Source: an uncultured Muribaculaceae bacterium
GTDB lineage: Bacteria > Bacillota_I > Bacilli_A > RF39 > UBA660
Direction: 5' to 3'
DNA: 64,000 nt
Assembly (NCBI GenBank): GCA_964587565.1
Contig: CAZPLK010000001.1
Span: forward strand, 120,088 to 184,087
Shown: piece by piece, positions 9,397-19,421 of the stretch
How positions within the stretch are numbered: position 1 is the first letter of the stretch
Layout of the letters: each line of letters begins with the position of its first letter
Position numbers and translations under genes: made by a program
Notes under the pieces: model-generated
Databases searched by the model: none
Seen by the model: only the letters and a program-made list of their open reading frames with translations
Told to the model about the DNA's origin: nothing

Positions 9397-11544
9397 ATGA
9401 ATGAATTAATTATTAATGAAATAGGACAAAATTTAAAATTGAAAAACGAATATATAATAGCCACCCTGAAATTATTGAGTGAGGGAAACACTATACCTTT
9501 TATTGCGAGGTATAGAAAAGAGCAAACAGGAAATTTAGATGAAGAACAAATACGGGCAATTAATGATGTTTATGAATATGAAGTTAATTTGTTGAACAAA
9601 AAAGAAGATGTAATAAGACTGATAGAAGAAAAGGATATGATGACAGCTGAGTTACATCAAAAAATAATGCAAGCAAAAAAACTAATTGAAGTTGAAGATT
9701 TATATAGACCATACCGAGAAAAACGCAAAACAAAAGCAACAGAAGCGATAAAAAAAGGTTTAGAACCATTAGCAAAATTAATTATGCAATTTCCAACACA
9801 AGGTAGTTTTGATGAATTAGCTAAACCATTTGTAAAAGATGAAGTTGAATCACTTGAAGAAGCTTTAGAAGGTGCTAGTTATATAATAGCAGAAACTATT
9901 AGTGATAATGCTAATTACCGCAAATGGATTAGAAATAAAACATATAACACCGGGGTAATCACTAGTAAATTAAGAAAAAATGCAAATGATGATAAAAAAA
10001 CTTATGAGATGTATTATGAGTATGAAGAAAATGTTAAAAACATAAAACCTCATCGTGTGTTGGCAATAAATAGAGGTGAAAAAGAAAAAATATTAAATGT
10101 GAAAATTAATGTTGATGAAAATAGTATTATAAGTTATTTAAATAAACAACTTATTGAAAATAGTGAATCATTTGTTGTATCTATTGTAACTGAAACTATA
10201 AAAGACAGTTATAAACGGTTAATAGCACCGAGCATAGAAAGAGAGATTAGGGCTGAATTATCATCAGTAGCAGAAGATGTAGCGATAAATAATTTTAGTA
10301 AAAATTTAGAAAAATTATTGTTACAACCCCCATTAAGAGACAAAATTATTTTGGCACTTGATCCAGCATATAGAACTGGATGTAAATTAGCTGTTATTGA
10401 TTATACTGGCAAAAAATTAGATGTAAAAGTTATTTTCCCACATGAACCAAAACTAGAAACAGAAAAAAGTAAAACAATAATGAAAGATTTAATTGAAAAA
10501 TATAAAGTTGACGTAATTGCAATTGGTAACGGTACAGCATCAAGAGAAAGTGAAGCTTTTGTTGCATCATTGATAAAAGAATTAAATAAAAAAGTTGAAT
10601 ATATAATAGTTAATGAAGCTGGTGCTAGTGTTTATTCAGCTAGTAAACTAGCAGCTGAAGAGTTTCCAAATTTAAATGTAGAAGAAAGAAGTGCCATCAG
10701 TATAGGGAGAAGATTGCAAGATCCATTATCTGAATTAGTTAAAATTGATCCTAAAAGTATTGGAGTCGGTTTATATCAACATGATGTATCTAATAAAAAA
10801 CTCACTGAATCATTAGATTTTGTAGTAGTTAAGGCTGTTAATCAAGTAGGTGTTAATATTAATACAGCATCACCTTATTTATTGAAATATGTGTCAGGAT
10901 TAAATAGAAGAAATATTAATAAAATTATTAATTATAGAAATATTCACGGTAAAATAAAATCAAGGGACGAACTTATAAATGAAAAATTATTAACTGATAA
11001 TGCTTATGTACAAGCAGGAGGATTTTTGCGAGTAATTAATGGAAATAACCCACTCGATTCTACAGACATCCATCCTGAAAGTTATAATATAGCAGAGCAA
11101 TTATTGACCAATTTAGGAATGGATCAAACTTCCATTGGTACCAAGGAGTTAATTGAAAAATTAAATAAACTGCATATTAATGAATATATCGAAAAACTTC
11201 AAACGGATAAATATACACTAGAAGATATTGTTAAATCTTTAATAAAACCTAATAGGGATCCAAGGGATTTAATGGAAAAACCATTATTAAAAAGTGACAT
11301 ATTAAAAATAGAAGATTTAACAGAAGGATTAAAATTACAAGGAACAGTTAGAAATGTTGTTGATTTTGGTGTGTTTATTGATATTGGTTTAGATAATGAT
11401 GCCTTAGCACATATATCTAGATTAACAGATAGATATATAAACCATCCTGATGAAGTTGTTAGTGTTGGGGATATTGTTGATTGTTACGTATATGAAATAG
11501 ATAGTGATAAAAAAAGGGTATCACTATCATTAATTAAAAAATAA
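9397..11544 (+). CDS. tex: Tex-like transcription accessory protein (YqgF/HhH/S1 domains)
   Basis: ATG 9397 follows a GGGAGA SD. IPFIARYRKEQTG N-terminus, a YqgF-like core (DPAYRTGCKLAVID) and a C-terminal S1 domain (GTVRNVVDFGVFIDIG). Confidence 0.9.
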   Translation: MNELIINEIGQNLKLKNEYIIATLKLLSEGNTIPFIARYRKEQTGNLDEEQIRAINDVYEYEVNLLNKKEDVIRLIEEKDMMTAELHQKIMQAKKLIEVEDLYRPYREKRKTKATEAIKKGLEPLAKLIMQFPTQGSFDELAKPFVKDEVESLEEALEGASYIIAETISDNANYRKWIRNKTYNTGVITSKLRKNANDDKKTYEMYYEYEENVKNIKPHRVLAINRGEKEKILNVKINVDENSIISYLNKQLIENSESFVVSIVTETIKDSYKRLIAPSIEREIRAELSSVAEDVAINNFSKNLEKLLLQPPLRDKIILALDPAYRTGCKLAVIDYTGKKLDVKVIFPHEPKLETEKSKTIMKDLIEKYKVDVIAIGNGTASRESEAFVASLIKELNKKVEYIIVNEAGASVYSASKLAAEEFPNLNVEERSAISIGRRLQDPLSELVKIDPKSIGVGLYQHDVSNKKLTESLDFVVVKAVNQVGVNINTASPYLLKYVSGLNRRNINKIINYRNIHGKIKSRDELINEKLLTDNAYVQAGGFLRVINGNNPLDSTDIHPESYNIAEQLLTNLGMDQTSIGTKELIEKLNKLHINEYIEKLQTDKYTLEDIVKSLIKPNRDPRDLMEKPLLKSDILKIEDLTEGLKLQGTVRNVVDFGVFIDIGLDNDALAHISRLTDRYINHPDEVVSVGDIVDCYVYEIDSDKKRVSLSLIKK

Positions 11545-11558
11545 GTAATGGTGGTAAT

Positions 11559-12332
11559 ATGAAAGTTAAAAAGTTTTTAATTTTCTTGATAATTATTTTA
11601 CTAGTAAGTTTATCGTTTTTGTTAAAAGCTTCTCAAAGTAATTACATAAAAGGATTCTTTAATGAAACAATTAAAATTAAGAGTAATAACAGCCTTAAAA
11701 AAATAGAGAAACCAAAAGAAAGAAAAACAATATTAAGTGATTATGATTGTAACAATAATGGTATAGATGATTTTACTGACTTTGTAATAGGAGCTAGAAA
11801 AGAAGTAGAAGCAAACACACAGTATGTTGAAGATAGAGGATATTATTTTGACATAAATGGCAATGATATGGGAGGATATCCTCCAGAAGGTGTTGGTGTT
11901 TGCGCTGATACAATTTGGCGCGTTTTTCTTGAAGCCGGATATATTTTCAGGGATATGGTTGACGAAGACATTGCTAATAATATTCATTTATATCCAGGGG
12001 TAAACGAAAGGGAAGAAGGAAGAGACAAATATATTGATTTTAGAAGAGTAAGAAATTTAAAAGTGTTTTTAGACCGACATTTTACTTCATTAACATTAGA
12101 TCCGTATGATGTTTTGGAATGGAACCCGGATGATATAGTTATATTTGGTGAAACTTATGATCACATAGGTATTATATCCGACAAATTTAATGAAGAAGGA
12201 ATACCTTATTTAATACATAATTCCGATGAGCTTCCTGGTGAACAAGATATAATGATATATCGTTATGAAAAAGATGGAATTACAGGACATTACCGTTTTG
12301 ATGATCCAAAGGATCATTGTAAAATAAAATGA
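11559..12332 (+). CDS. DUF1287-family secreted/membrane-anchored protein
   Basis: N-terminal signal/anchor. GVCADTIWRVFLEAGY and HIGIIS motifs resemble DUF1287. Confidence 0.5.
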   Translation: MKVKKFLIFLIIILLVSLSFLLKASQSNYIKGFFNETIKIKSNNSLKKIEKPKERKTILSDYDCNNNGIDDFTDFVIGARKEVEANTQYVEDRGYYFDINGNDMGGYPPEGVGVCADTIWRVFLEAGYIFRDMVDEDIANNIHLYPGVNEREEGRDKYIDFRRVRNLKVFLDRHFTSLTLDPYDVLEWNPDDIVIFGETYDHIGIISDKFNEEGIPYLIHNSDELPGEQDIMIYRYEKDGITGHYRFDDPKDHCKIK

Positions 12333-12399
12333 ATTTAACATTATAGGGTAATTAATTAAATAACTTACCTTTTTAGTTTGTATAGAAAGTAGCGACGTT

Positions 12400-13563
12400 A
12401 TGAAAAGATTATTTGTAGTAATTATTATGTTTTTAATATTTATCTCTAATACATATTCATTAGAATTGTATAGTGAAAATATAGTTTTATATAATTTAAA
12501 TGATGATATTGTTATATTTGAAAATAAAAAAGATGAATTGACGAGTATAGCAAGCCTTACCAAAATAATGACTGTATTAGTTGCAATCGAAAACATAGAT
12601 AATATATATGAAGAAATTATTATTGATACTAACATGTTTGAAGGTTTAATAGAAGCTGATGCCGCAATTATGTATTTAAACGATGGAGAAAGGGTTACTT
12701 ATAAGGATTTACTTTACAGTACCCTTTTAGCAAGTGCTGCCGATGCAACTAGGGCACTTACTATTAATGTAGCAGGTAGTGAAAAAGAATTTGTTAAATT
12801 AATGAATAAAAGAGCAACTAAATTGGGCCTATCAAAAACTGTGTTTAAAAATCCAATTGGATTAGATGAAAAAGGTCAATATTCAACTGTTGATGATGTT
12901 GCCGTAATATTAAAAGAAGCACTTAGTAATAAGCTTTTTAAAGAAATATTTGAATGTAAACAATACTCGTTTGTAAACGGTACTAGGACAATACGCAGTA
13001 CAACTGCTTGGTATGATTCAGACATAATTAAAGGTTCAAAAACAGGATATACAGATGAAGCCGGTTTAGCACTTGCTAGCACCGCATATGATGAAGATAA
13101 TGATATACACTATTTGTTAATAACTACAAAAGCCCCAATAACTGAAAAAAGGTCATCACATATTTTAGATGCAATTAGCATTTACAATTATTATTTTGAC
13201 AATTATAAATACTATAATTTAATTGATAAAGGTGATAGTTTAATAGATTTAAATATTAAAAATAGTAAAATTAAAAGTATTAATTTAAAGTCAATTGAAG
13301 ATGTAAAATATTTTACGGATCATTCTTTTGATAAATCAAAAGTTGAATTAAAATATAATGGAAAAGAAGTTATAAAAGCACCAATAAAAGAAGGTAGTAA
13401 AATCGGGGTAATTGATATTTTTTATAATGGTGTTAAAGTTGATGAAGTAAATGCAGTAATTCAAGAAAAAATACCGCTATCATATTTACAATTTATTAAA
13501 AACAATATATTAGTTATTATTATAATAACTTTTGCGATTCAAAAATTAATGCCGAAAGGGTGA
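12400..13563 (+). CDS. Serine-type D-Ala-D-Ala carboxypeptidase (PBP5 family)
   Basis: Signal peptide, SxxK (SLTKIMT), SxN-like region, KTG (GSKTGYT), and a C-terminal membrane anchor. Confidence 0.8.
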   Translation: MKRLFVVIIMFLIFISNTYSLELYSENIVLYNLNDDIVIFENKKDELTSIASLTKIMTVLVAIENIDNIYEEIIIDTNMFEGLIEADAAIMYLNDGERVTYKDLLYSTLLASAADATRALTINVAGSEKEFVKLMNKRATKLGLSKTVFKNPIGLDEKGQYSTVDDVAVILKEALSNKLFKEIFECKQYSFVNGTRTIRSTTAWYDSDIIKGSKTGYTDEAGLALASTAYDEDNDIHYLLITTKAPITEKRSSHILDAISIYNYYFDNYKYYNLIDKGDSLIDLNIKNSKIKSINLKSIEDVKYFTDHSFDKSKVELKYNGKEVIKAPIKEGSKIGVIDIFYNGVKVDEVNAVIQEKIPLSYLQFIKNNILVIIIITFAIQKLMPKG

Positions 13564-13567
13564 TAAG

Positions 13568-15187
13568 ATGATTGAAGTAAATAATTTAAGTTTAGTTTTT
13601 CCTAACAAAAAACTTTTTGAAAATGTAAATTTAAAATTCTCATTAGGGAATTGTTATGGCGTTATTGGTGCTAATGGAGCGGGTAAATCAACATTTTTAA
13701 AAATATTAGCGGGTGAAATGGAACCAACAACAGGTAATGTTTATGTAGAACCTAATAATAGGATGGCTGTTTTAAAACAAAATCATTATGAGTTTGATGA
13801 ATACAATGTTATAGAAACAGTTATAATGGGACATAAACATCTTTACGATATTATGAAAGAAAGAGAAAAAATATATAGCAAAAATGAATTTACTGAAGCA
13901 GATGGAATTAAAGCTGGTGAACTAGAAATGGAATTTTCTGATTTAAATGGATGGGAAGCAGAATCAGAGGCCAGTCGCTTATTAAATAATTTGGGACTAA
14001 ATAGTCAGTTGTTTGATAAAAAAATGAATGAAATTGGTGGGAAAGAAAAAGTAAAAGTATTATTGGCACAAGCACTATTTGCTAATCCTGATATATTAAT
14101 AATGGATGAACCAACTAACCAACTTGATTTTAATGCGATAGCATGGTTAGAAGATTTTTTAATTGAATATGATAAAACTGTAATAGTCGTTTCCCATGAT
14201 AGGCACTTTTTAAATAAAGTATGTACCCATATGGTTGATATTGATTTTGGTTCTGCCAAATTATATCCTGGAAATTATGATTTTTGGTATCAATCTAGCC
14301 AACTAGCCCTTCAATTAGCGAAAGATGCTAACAAGAAAAAAGAAAAAAAGATCCAAGAACTAGAAGCTTTTATTGCACGTTTCAGTGCAAATGCTTCAAA
14401 ATCTAGACAAGCAACATCAAGAAAAAAGAGTTTAGAAAAAATTCAGTTAGAAGATATAAAACCTTCAAGTCGTAAATATCCTTATATTGGCTTTACTTTA
14501 AATAGAGAACTAGGTAAAGATATTTTAACTGTTGAAAACTTATCAAAGAACATTAATGGCGTTCAAGTGTTAAACAATATATCTTTTACAGTTAATAGAA
14601 ATGATAAAGTTGTAATTTTAGGTAGAGATGATTTTGTAAAAAGCATTTTACTTAAAATATTAGCGGGTGAAATGGAACCAGATTCAGGAACAATTAGATG
14701 GGGTACAACTGTTGAATATGATTACTTACCCCAAGATAATGATAGTTATTTTAATAATGAATTAAATTTAATTGAGTGGTTATCTCAATACTCTGATGAT
14801 CAATCAGAAAACTTTATTAGAAGTTTTTTAGGAAGAATGTTGTTTTCAGGAGAGGAAACTTTAAAAAAAGTAAAAGTTTTATCTGGCGGTGAAAAGGTAA
14901 GGTGTATGTTTTCAAAATTAATGATAAAAGGATCCAACTTTTTAATATTAGATCAACCAACTAATCACTTGGATTTGGAATCGATTCAAGCTGTAAATGA
15001 TGGTTTAATTAATTATAAAGGTTCAATTATATTTACATCTCATGATCATAACTTTGTTAATACAACAGCAAATAAAATTGTCGAAATCACGCCATCAGGA
15101 GCATTTTATACAGAAATGAAGTTTAGTGATTATTTAAAAGATGAAAAAATACAAAAAAGAATTAATAAAATGTATGAAATAAAATAA
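13568..15187 (+). CDS. ABC-F family ATPase (YbiT/YkpA-like) with a degenerate second ATP site
   Basis: Two NBDs with no TM domain and an inter-domain Lys-rich linker. NBD1 has GANGAGKST / IMDEPT. NBD2 has GRDDFVKS / ILDQPT. Confidence 0.85.
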   Translation: MIEVNNLSLVFPNKKLFENVNLKFSLGNCYGVIGANGAGKSTFLKILAGEMEPTTGNVYVEPNNRMAVLKQNHYEFDEYNVIETVIMGHKHLYDIMKEREKIYSKNEFTEADGIKAGELEMEFSDLNGWEAESEASRLLNNLGLNSQLFDKKMNEIGGKEKVKVLLAQALFANPDILIMDEPTNQLDFNAIAWLEDFLIEYDKTVIVVSHDRHFLNKVCTHMVDIDFGSAKLYPGNYDFWYQSSQLALQLAKDANKKKEKKIQELEAFIARFSANASKSRQATSRKKSLEKIQLEDIKPSSRKYPYIGFTLNRELGKDILTVENLSKNINGVQVLNNISFTVNRNDKVVILGRDDFVKSILLKILAGEMEPDSGTIRWGTTVEYDYLPQDNDSYFNNELNLIEWLSQYSDDQSENFIRSFLGRMLFSGEETLKKVKVLSGGEKVRCMFSKLMIKGSNFLILDQPTNHLDLESIQAVNDGLINYKGSIIFTSHDHNFVNTTANKIVEITPSGAFYTEMKFSDYLKDEKIQKRINKMYEIK

Positions 15188-15207
15188 AAATATATGTAAA
15201 TAGTAGA

Positions 15208-15246
15208 GGATATAGTTATAATTTACAATTATATCCTTTTTTTTTA
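15208..15246 (+). terminator. Rho-independent terminator after the ABC-F gene
   Basis: GGATATAgTT...AATTATATCC hairpin followed by T10. Confidence 0.7.
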
Positions 15247-15288
15247 TTATTAAAAGATGTATAATGTTATTAGGATGGAGGGTACTTT

Positions 15289-16566
15289 ATGATCAAAGGT
15301 GTAAAAATACCTAAATATAAAAATAAATCGATTACTAATAAAATAATAAAATTTTCTAAACCAAAACATGTTTACATACCACTTATTTCACAAAATGATA
15401 CTAATATTACTGTTTTAGTTAAAGTTGGTGATTATGTTTGTAAAAATGATATAATCGCTCGACGAAGAGGAAGTTTTAGAATCCCCATTCATGCAAGTGT
15501 TAGTGGTACTGTAACATCCATTATTGAAAAACCCTATTTAAACGGGGAATTAATTAAATGTGTTGTAATTGAAAATGATTTTAAAGAAAAGGTTTCTAAT
15601 AAAACAGAACCAAGAAAACATATTAACAATTTTACAAAAAAAGAATTTATAGAAAAAATAAGAGACGCTGGAATTGTTGGTTTAGGCGGTGGTGGATTTC
15701 CGACATTTGCCAAATATGATACCGATATTAAAATAAACACACTTATTATAAATGCTATAGAATGTGAACCGTATATAACTGCCGATTATATGTTAATGCA
15801 AGAAAAATGTGAAGAAATTTTAGAAGCTATTGACGCTGTAATTGAAATTAATGATATTCCAGAAGCGTTTATTGCTATTAATCGCGGTGATGTAAAAACA
15901 AAAGAAATAATTAATACTTTCATAGGTACTTATTTAAAAATAAAATTAGTAGAAGTTCCTAACTTATATCCAATGGGATGGGAGAGAACACTAATTAAAG
16001 AGGTCAAAGGTGTATCTTATAATAACTTACCTTCTGAACGCGGTATTATCGTAAATAATATATCAACAATGTATGCAATATACGAAGCTTTAAAATATAA
16101 TAAGCCTCTTATTGAAAGAGTAATTACAATAACAGGTGACATGATTAAAGAACCACAAAATATACTTGTTAAAACCGGAACAGAAATTAAAGAAATCATC
16201 AGTAGTATGGATGGTTATAAACGTTACAAAGATATCCTTTTCATTGCTGGTGGTCCTATGATGGGGAGAACAGTAAATACAGATGAATTAATTACATCTC
16301 CTAGTTTAACTGGTGTTTTAGTATTAAGAGATAATATAAAAGAAATATTAAATGAGTGTATAAGGTGTGGTAAATGTATAGATGTTTGTCCTGCTCAATT
16401 ATCACCAGTATTAATTATGGATAATATAGCTAATTGTGAAAAATTAAAAAAATTAAAACCTGAAAAATGCGTTGAATGTGGATTATGTACTTATATATGT
16501 CCATCGAAGATAAAAGTACGTGATCACGTAATAAAAGCAAAAGCAAACATTAAAGAAGAAAGGTGA
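15289..16566 (+). CDS. rnfC: Rnf complex subunit C
   Basis: GLGGGGFPT nucleotide-binding motif and two CxxCxxCxxxCP ferredoxin motifs at the C-terminus. First gene of the rnf cluster. Confidence 0.9.
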   Translation: MIKGVKIPKYKNKSITNKIIKFSKPKHVYIPLISQNDTNITVLVKVGDYVCKNDIIARRRGSFRIPIHASVSGTVTSIIEKPYLNGELIKCVVIENDFKEKVSNKTEPRKHINNFTKKEFIEKIRDAGIVGLGGGGFPTFAKYDTDIKINTLIINAIECEPYITADYMLMQEKCEEILEAIDAVIEINDIPEAFIAINRGDVKTKEIINTFIGTYLKIKLVEVPNLYPMGWERTLIKEVKGVSYNNLPSERGIIVNNISTMYAIYEALKYNKPLIERVITITGDMIKEPQNILVKTGTEIKEIISSMDGYKRYKDILFIAGGPMMGRTVNTDELITSPSLTGVLVLRDNIKEILNECIRCGKCIDVCPAQLSPVLIMDNIANCEKLKKLKPEKCVECGLCTYICPSKIKVRDHVIKAKANIKEER

Positions 16567-16570
16567 TATA

Positions 16571-18004
16571 ATGAAAGAATTTCATTTAGATAGTGGAACA
16601 TTTGTAAAAGATAAAAATAGTACACCTAAAATAATGATGCACTTATTAGTTTCATTAATTCCAATAATATTATTTAGTTTTTTTAAAAATGGCATATTAC
16701 CTTATACGAGTGGGAAAATAAAATTACTTGGAATGTTTTATCCATTATTTTTTATTACTTTAGGACCAATATTTACTTATATAATTGAAAGAATTTATGT
16801 GAAAATATTTTATAAATACGAAAAGACTAAATTAAAGCAATATATGAAGTCATCTTATAGTATTTTCCCAGGTTTATTTTTATCATTAGTGTTACCGATC
16901 AATACTCCAATTTCTGTATTGTTTTTCGGTTCATTTATAGCAACAGTAGTTGGCAAAATGTTATTTGGTGGTTTTGGTAATAATGTATTTAATCCTGCAC
17001 TTATTGGTTATTTGTTTGTAATTTTAATATATGGACCAATGATTGCAGCAAATGGTGGGTATTTAAATCCTTTAGAAATGGACGCTGTCACTACTGCAAC
17101 ACCATTATCTAATATTGCAACAGTAGAAGGAATTGGTACATATGAAACTTTAATTAAGCCGTATGGAAGTTTATTTGAGTTTTTTGTAGGTATAATCCCT
17201 GGAACTATTGGTGAAACAAGTGCATTTTTATGTATCGTAGCATTTATTTATTTAACCTTTTTCAAAGTTATAAAATGGAAAATTCCAGCAGTATATATTG
17301 CTACTGTTTTTGGTATGACTTATGTTATTGGCACATTTAATAATTTAGGAATATGGTATCCACTATTTCAAATTATGAGTGGTGGATTAATGTTTGGTGC
17401 TGTATTTATGGCAACAGATCCTGTAACTAGCCCAACAACACCAATCGGACAAGTTTTATATGGTTTATTTTTAGGTATATTAACAGTAATGATTAGATAT
17501 TTAACTCCATACCCAGAAGGTGTGATGACAAGTATTTTAACTTTAAATATGTTTGTATTTATATTGGATAATATAGGTTCAAAATCAAGATTTAATTTTA
17601 ACAAATCAGTAGCTAGTTTCTTATTTTCATGGATACTAATATTAAGTTTAAGTTTATATATTGGCAACAGCTTTAAAACCATACCGGGAACTGTTGATAA
17701 AGCGTTTAATATAGTTTCAAAAGAGGTGGTGGAAAAAGGCGCAACTTATGTAGTAACTCAAAAAGGTTTTAGTGGTAATATAGAAGCTGAAATTATAATA
17801 GAAAATAATATAATAAAAAGCATAGATATACTATCTATAAATGATGATTATTATCCTAGAATTGAAAGAGAAAATTATGTTGGATATTTAATAGATGGTC
17901 AATTAAAAATAGAAGATTTAGATACAATAAGCGGCGCAACTATAACAACTGCAGCTATGAAAAATTTAGTTATAAATACATTGAAAGATTATAGGGGTGA
18001 GTAA
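16571..18004 (+). CDS. rnfD: Rnf subunit D fused to an RnfG-like FMN-binding domain
   Basis: The polytopic RnfD/NqrB-like part carries DAVTTATPL and MATDPVTSP. An extra TM helix (FLFSWILILSLSLYIG) follows, then a ~120-aa domain ending in the flavinylation motif LDTISGATITTAA. Confidence 0.8.
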   Translation: MKEFHLDSGTFVKDKNSTPKIMMHLLVSLIPIILFSFFKNGILPYTSGKIKLLGMFYPLFFITLGPIFTYIIERIYVKIFYKYEKTKLKQYMKSSYSIFPGLFLSLVLPINTPISVLFFGSFIATVVGKMLFGGFGNNVFNPALIGYLFVILIYGPMIAANGGYLNPLEMDAVTTATPLSNIATVEGIGTYETLIKPYGSLFEFFVGIIPGTIGETSAFLCIVAFIYLTFFKVIKWKIPAVYIATVFGMTYVIGTFNNLGIWYPLFQIMSGGLMFGAVFMATDPVTSPTTPIGQVLYGLFLGILTVMIRYLTPYPEGVMTSILTLNMFVFILDNIGSKSRFNFNKSVASFLFSWILILSLSLYIGNSFKTIPGTVDKAFNIVSKEVVEKGATYVVTQKGFSGNIEAEIIIENNIIKSIDILSINDDYYPRIERENYVGYLIDGQLKIEDLDTISGATITTAAMKNLVINTLKDYRGE

Positions 18005-18100
18005 ATGAATAAAGAAAAGATTAAAAGTCTTATAGCATTAACAATCACAGGACTTATTTGCTCAACAATAATATATTTTTTATACAAGGTTACAAAATAG
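18005..18100 (+). CDS. 31-aa single-TM micro-protein inside the rnf operon
   Basis: Its ATG immediately follows the rnfD-G TAA stop (gTAAATG; stop 18002-18004, ATG 18005-18007). Sequence MNKEKIKSLIALTITGLICSTIIYFLYKVTK. It ends 12 nt before rnfE and is absent from the ORF track because it is short. Confidence 0.4.
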   Translation: MNKEKIKSLIALTITGLICSTIIYFLYKVTK

Positions 18101-18112
18101 AGAGGTGTTAAT

Positions 18113-18748
18113 ATGAAAGCAATAAAAAAAGGCATATTTGAAGAAAATCCGATTTTTATATTAATGTTAGGATTATGTCCAACACTTGCTGTAACAACTA
18201 CCTTTGAAGGTGCTTACATAATGGGTTTATCAGTTTTAATTGTTTTGATTATTTCAAATTTTATAGTATCAATAATAAAAAAACTTGTACCTGATAATGT
18301 AAGAACACCAATATATATTTTAATAATTGCAACAGCCGTTACAGCACTAGATCTAACATTACAAAAATTTGTTCCAGCATTACATGTAACATTAGGAATA
18401 TATCTGCCATTAATAGCTGTTAATTGTATTGTTTTAGGGAGAGCCTTATCAGTAGCATCAGTGTCTTCTGTTAAAGATAGTGTATTAGATGCAATTGGTA
18501 TAGGACTTGGATTTACTTTTTCATTAATGTTAATCGGACTAACTAGAGAAGTTTTAGGTTCGAATATGATTACGGTTATGGATGGTATAAGTTCATTAAC
18601 TGGTTACCGTGCTGTTTATAGAGTGTTGCCAAACACAAATATATTACCAATTACAGTATTTAAAGAACCAGCAGGTGCCTTTCTTACATTAGGGTTTCTA
18701 TTAGCCTTTTTCAATTTTATTAAAGAAAAGAGGAGTGAAACAAAATGA
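18113..18748 (+). CDS. rnfE: Rnf complex subunit E
   Basis: ENPIFILMLGLCPTLAVTT N-terminus typical of RnfE/NqrD. Overlaps rnfA by 4 nt. Confidence 0.9.
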   Translation: MKAIKKGIFEENPIFILMLGLCPTLAVTTTFEGAYIMGLSVLIVLIISNFIVSIIKKLVPDNVRTPIYILIIATAVTALDLTLQKFVPALHVTLGIYLPLIAVNCIVLGRALSVASVSSVKDSVLDAIGIGLGFTFSLMLIGLTREVLGSNMITVMDGISSLTGYRAVYRVLPNTNILPITVFKEPAGAFLTLGFLLAFFNFIKEKRSETK

Positions 18749-19311
18749 CATTATTTCAAATTTTTATAACAAGTATGTTAACTGAAAACATTATATTGAC
18801 AAAATTTTTAGGAATATGTCCTTTTATTGGCACATCAAAAACTGAAACAGGTGCTCTTGGAATGGGAGTATCCGTAACAATTGTAATGCTATTATCTAGT
18901 ATAATTACATATTTAATATATAATTACATATTAATACCAACAGACACCATTTATTTAAGAACATTACTTTTTATATTAGTAATATCATCAATGGTTCAAA
19001 TATTGGAAATAATTGTGAAAAAATTCTTTCCAAAATTAAATAATTTACTAGGGCTTTTTTTACCACTTATTGCAACAAACTGTGCTATTTTAGGTACTGC
19101 ACTTTTGAACGTCAACAACAATTATAATTTTATACAAATGTTTGTTTTCACATTAGGAAGTGGTTTAGGATTTACATTAATTATTTATATTTTTTCAACA
19201 ATAAGAGAGAGAATGGAACAAATCAATATTCCTAATAGTTTCAAAGGAGCACCAATTGCATTAATTACAGCCTCAATTATGGCTTTAGTGTTTAGTAGGT
19301 ATTTAGGATGA
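18745..19311 (+). CDS. rnfA: Rnf complex subunit A
   Basis: ENIILTKFLGICPFIG and LPLIATNCAILG motifs typical of RnfA/NqrE. Confidence 0.9.
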   Translation: MTLFQIFITSMLTENIILTKFLGICPFIGTSKTETGALGMGVSVTIVMLLSSIITYLIYNYILIPTDTIYLRTLLFILVISSMVQILEIIVKKFFPKLNNLLGLFLPLIATNCAILGTALLNVNNNYNFIQMFVFTLGSGLGFTLIIYIFSTIRERMEQINIPNSFKGAPIALITASIMALVFSRYLG

Positions 19312-19421
19312 TTGCCTATATTATATTATTTATATTAATTACATTAACACTGTATTTATACAGTAAAAACGATAATTGTTCATTACAAAAATGTAATAAT
19401 TGCAAGGGGTGTGACAAATGA
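19308..19421 (+). CDS. 37-aa TM plus Cys-rich micro-protein (architecture like FeoB-associated Cys-rich membrane proteins)
   Basis: ATGA overlaps at both ends: with the rnfA stop at 19308-19311 and with the rnfB start at 19418-19421. Sequence MIAYIILFILITLTLYLYSKNDNCSLQKCNNCKGCDK. Not in the ORF track. Confidence 0.45.
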   Translation: MIAYIILFILITLTLYLYSKNDNCSLQKCNNCKGCDK

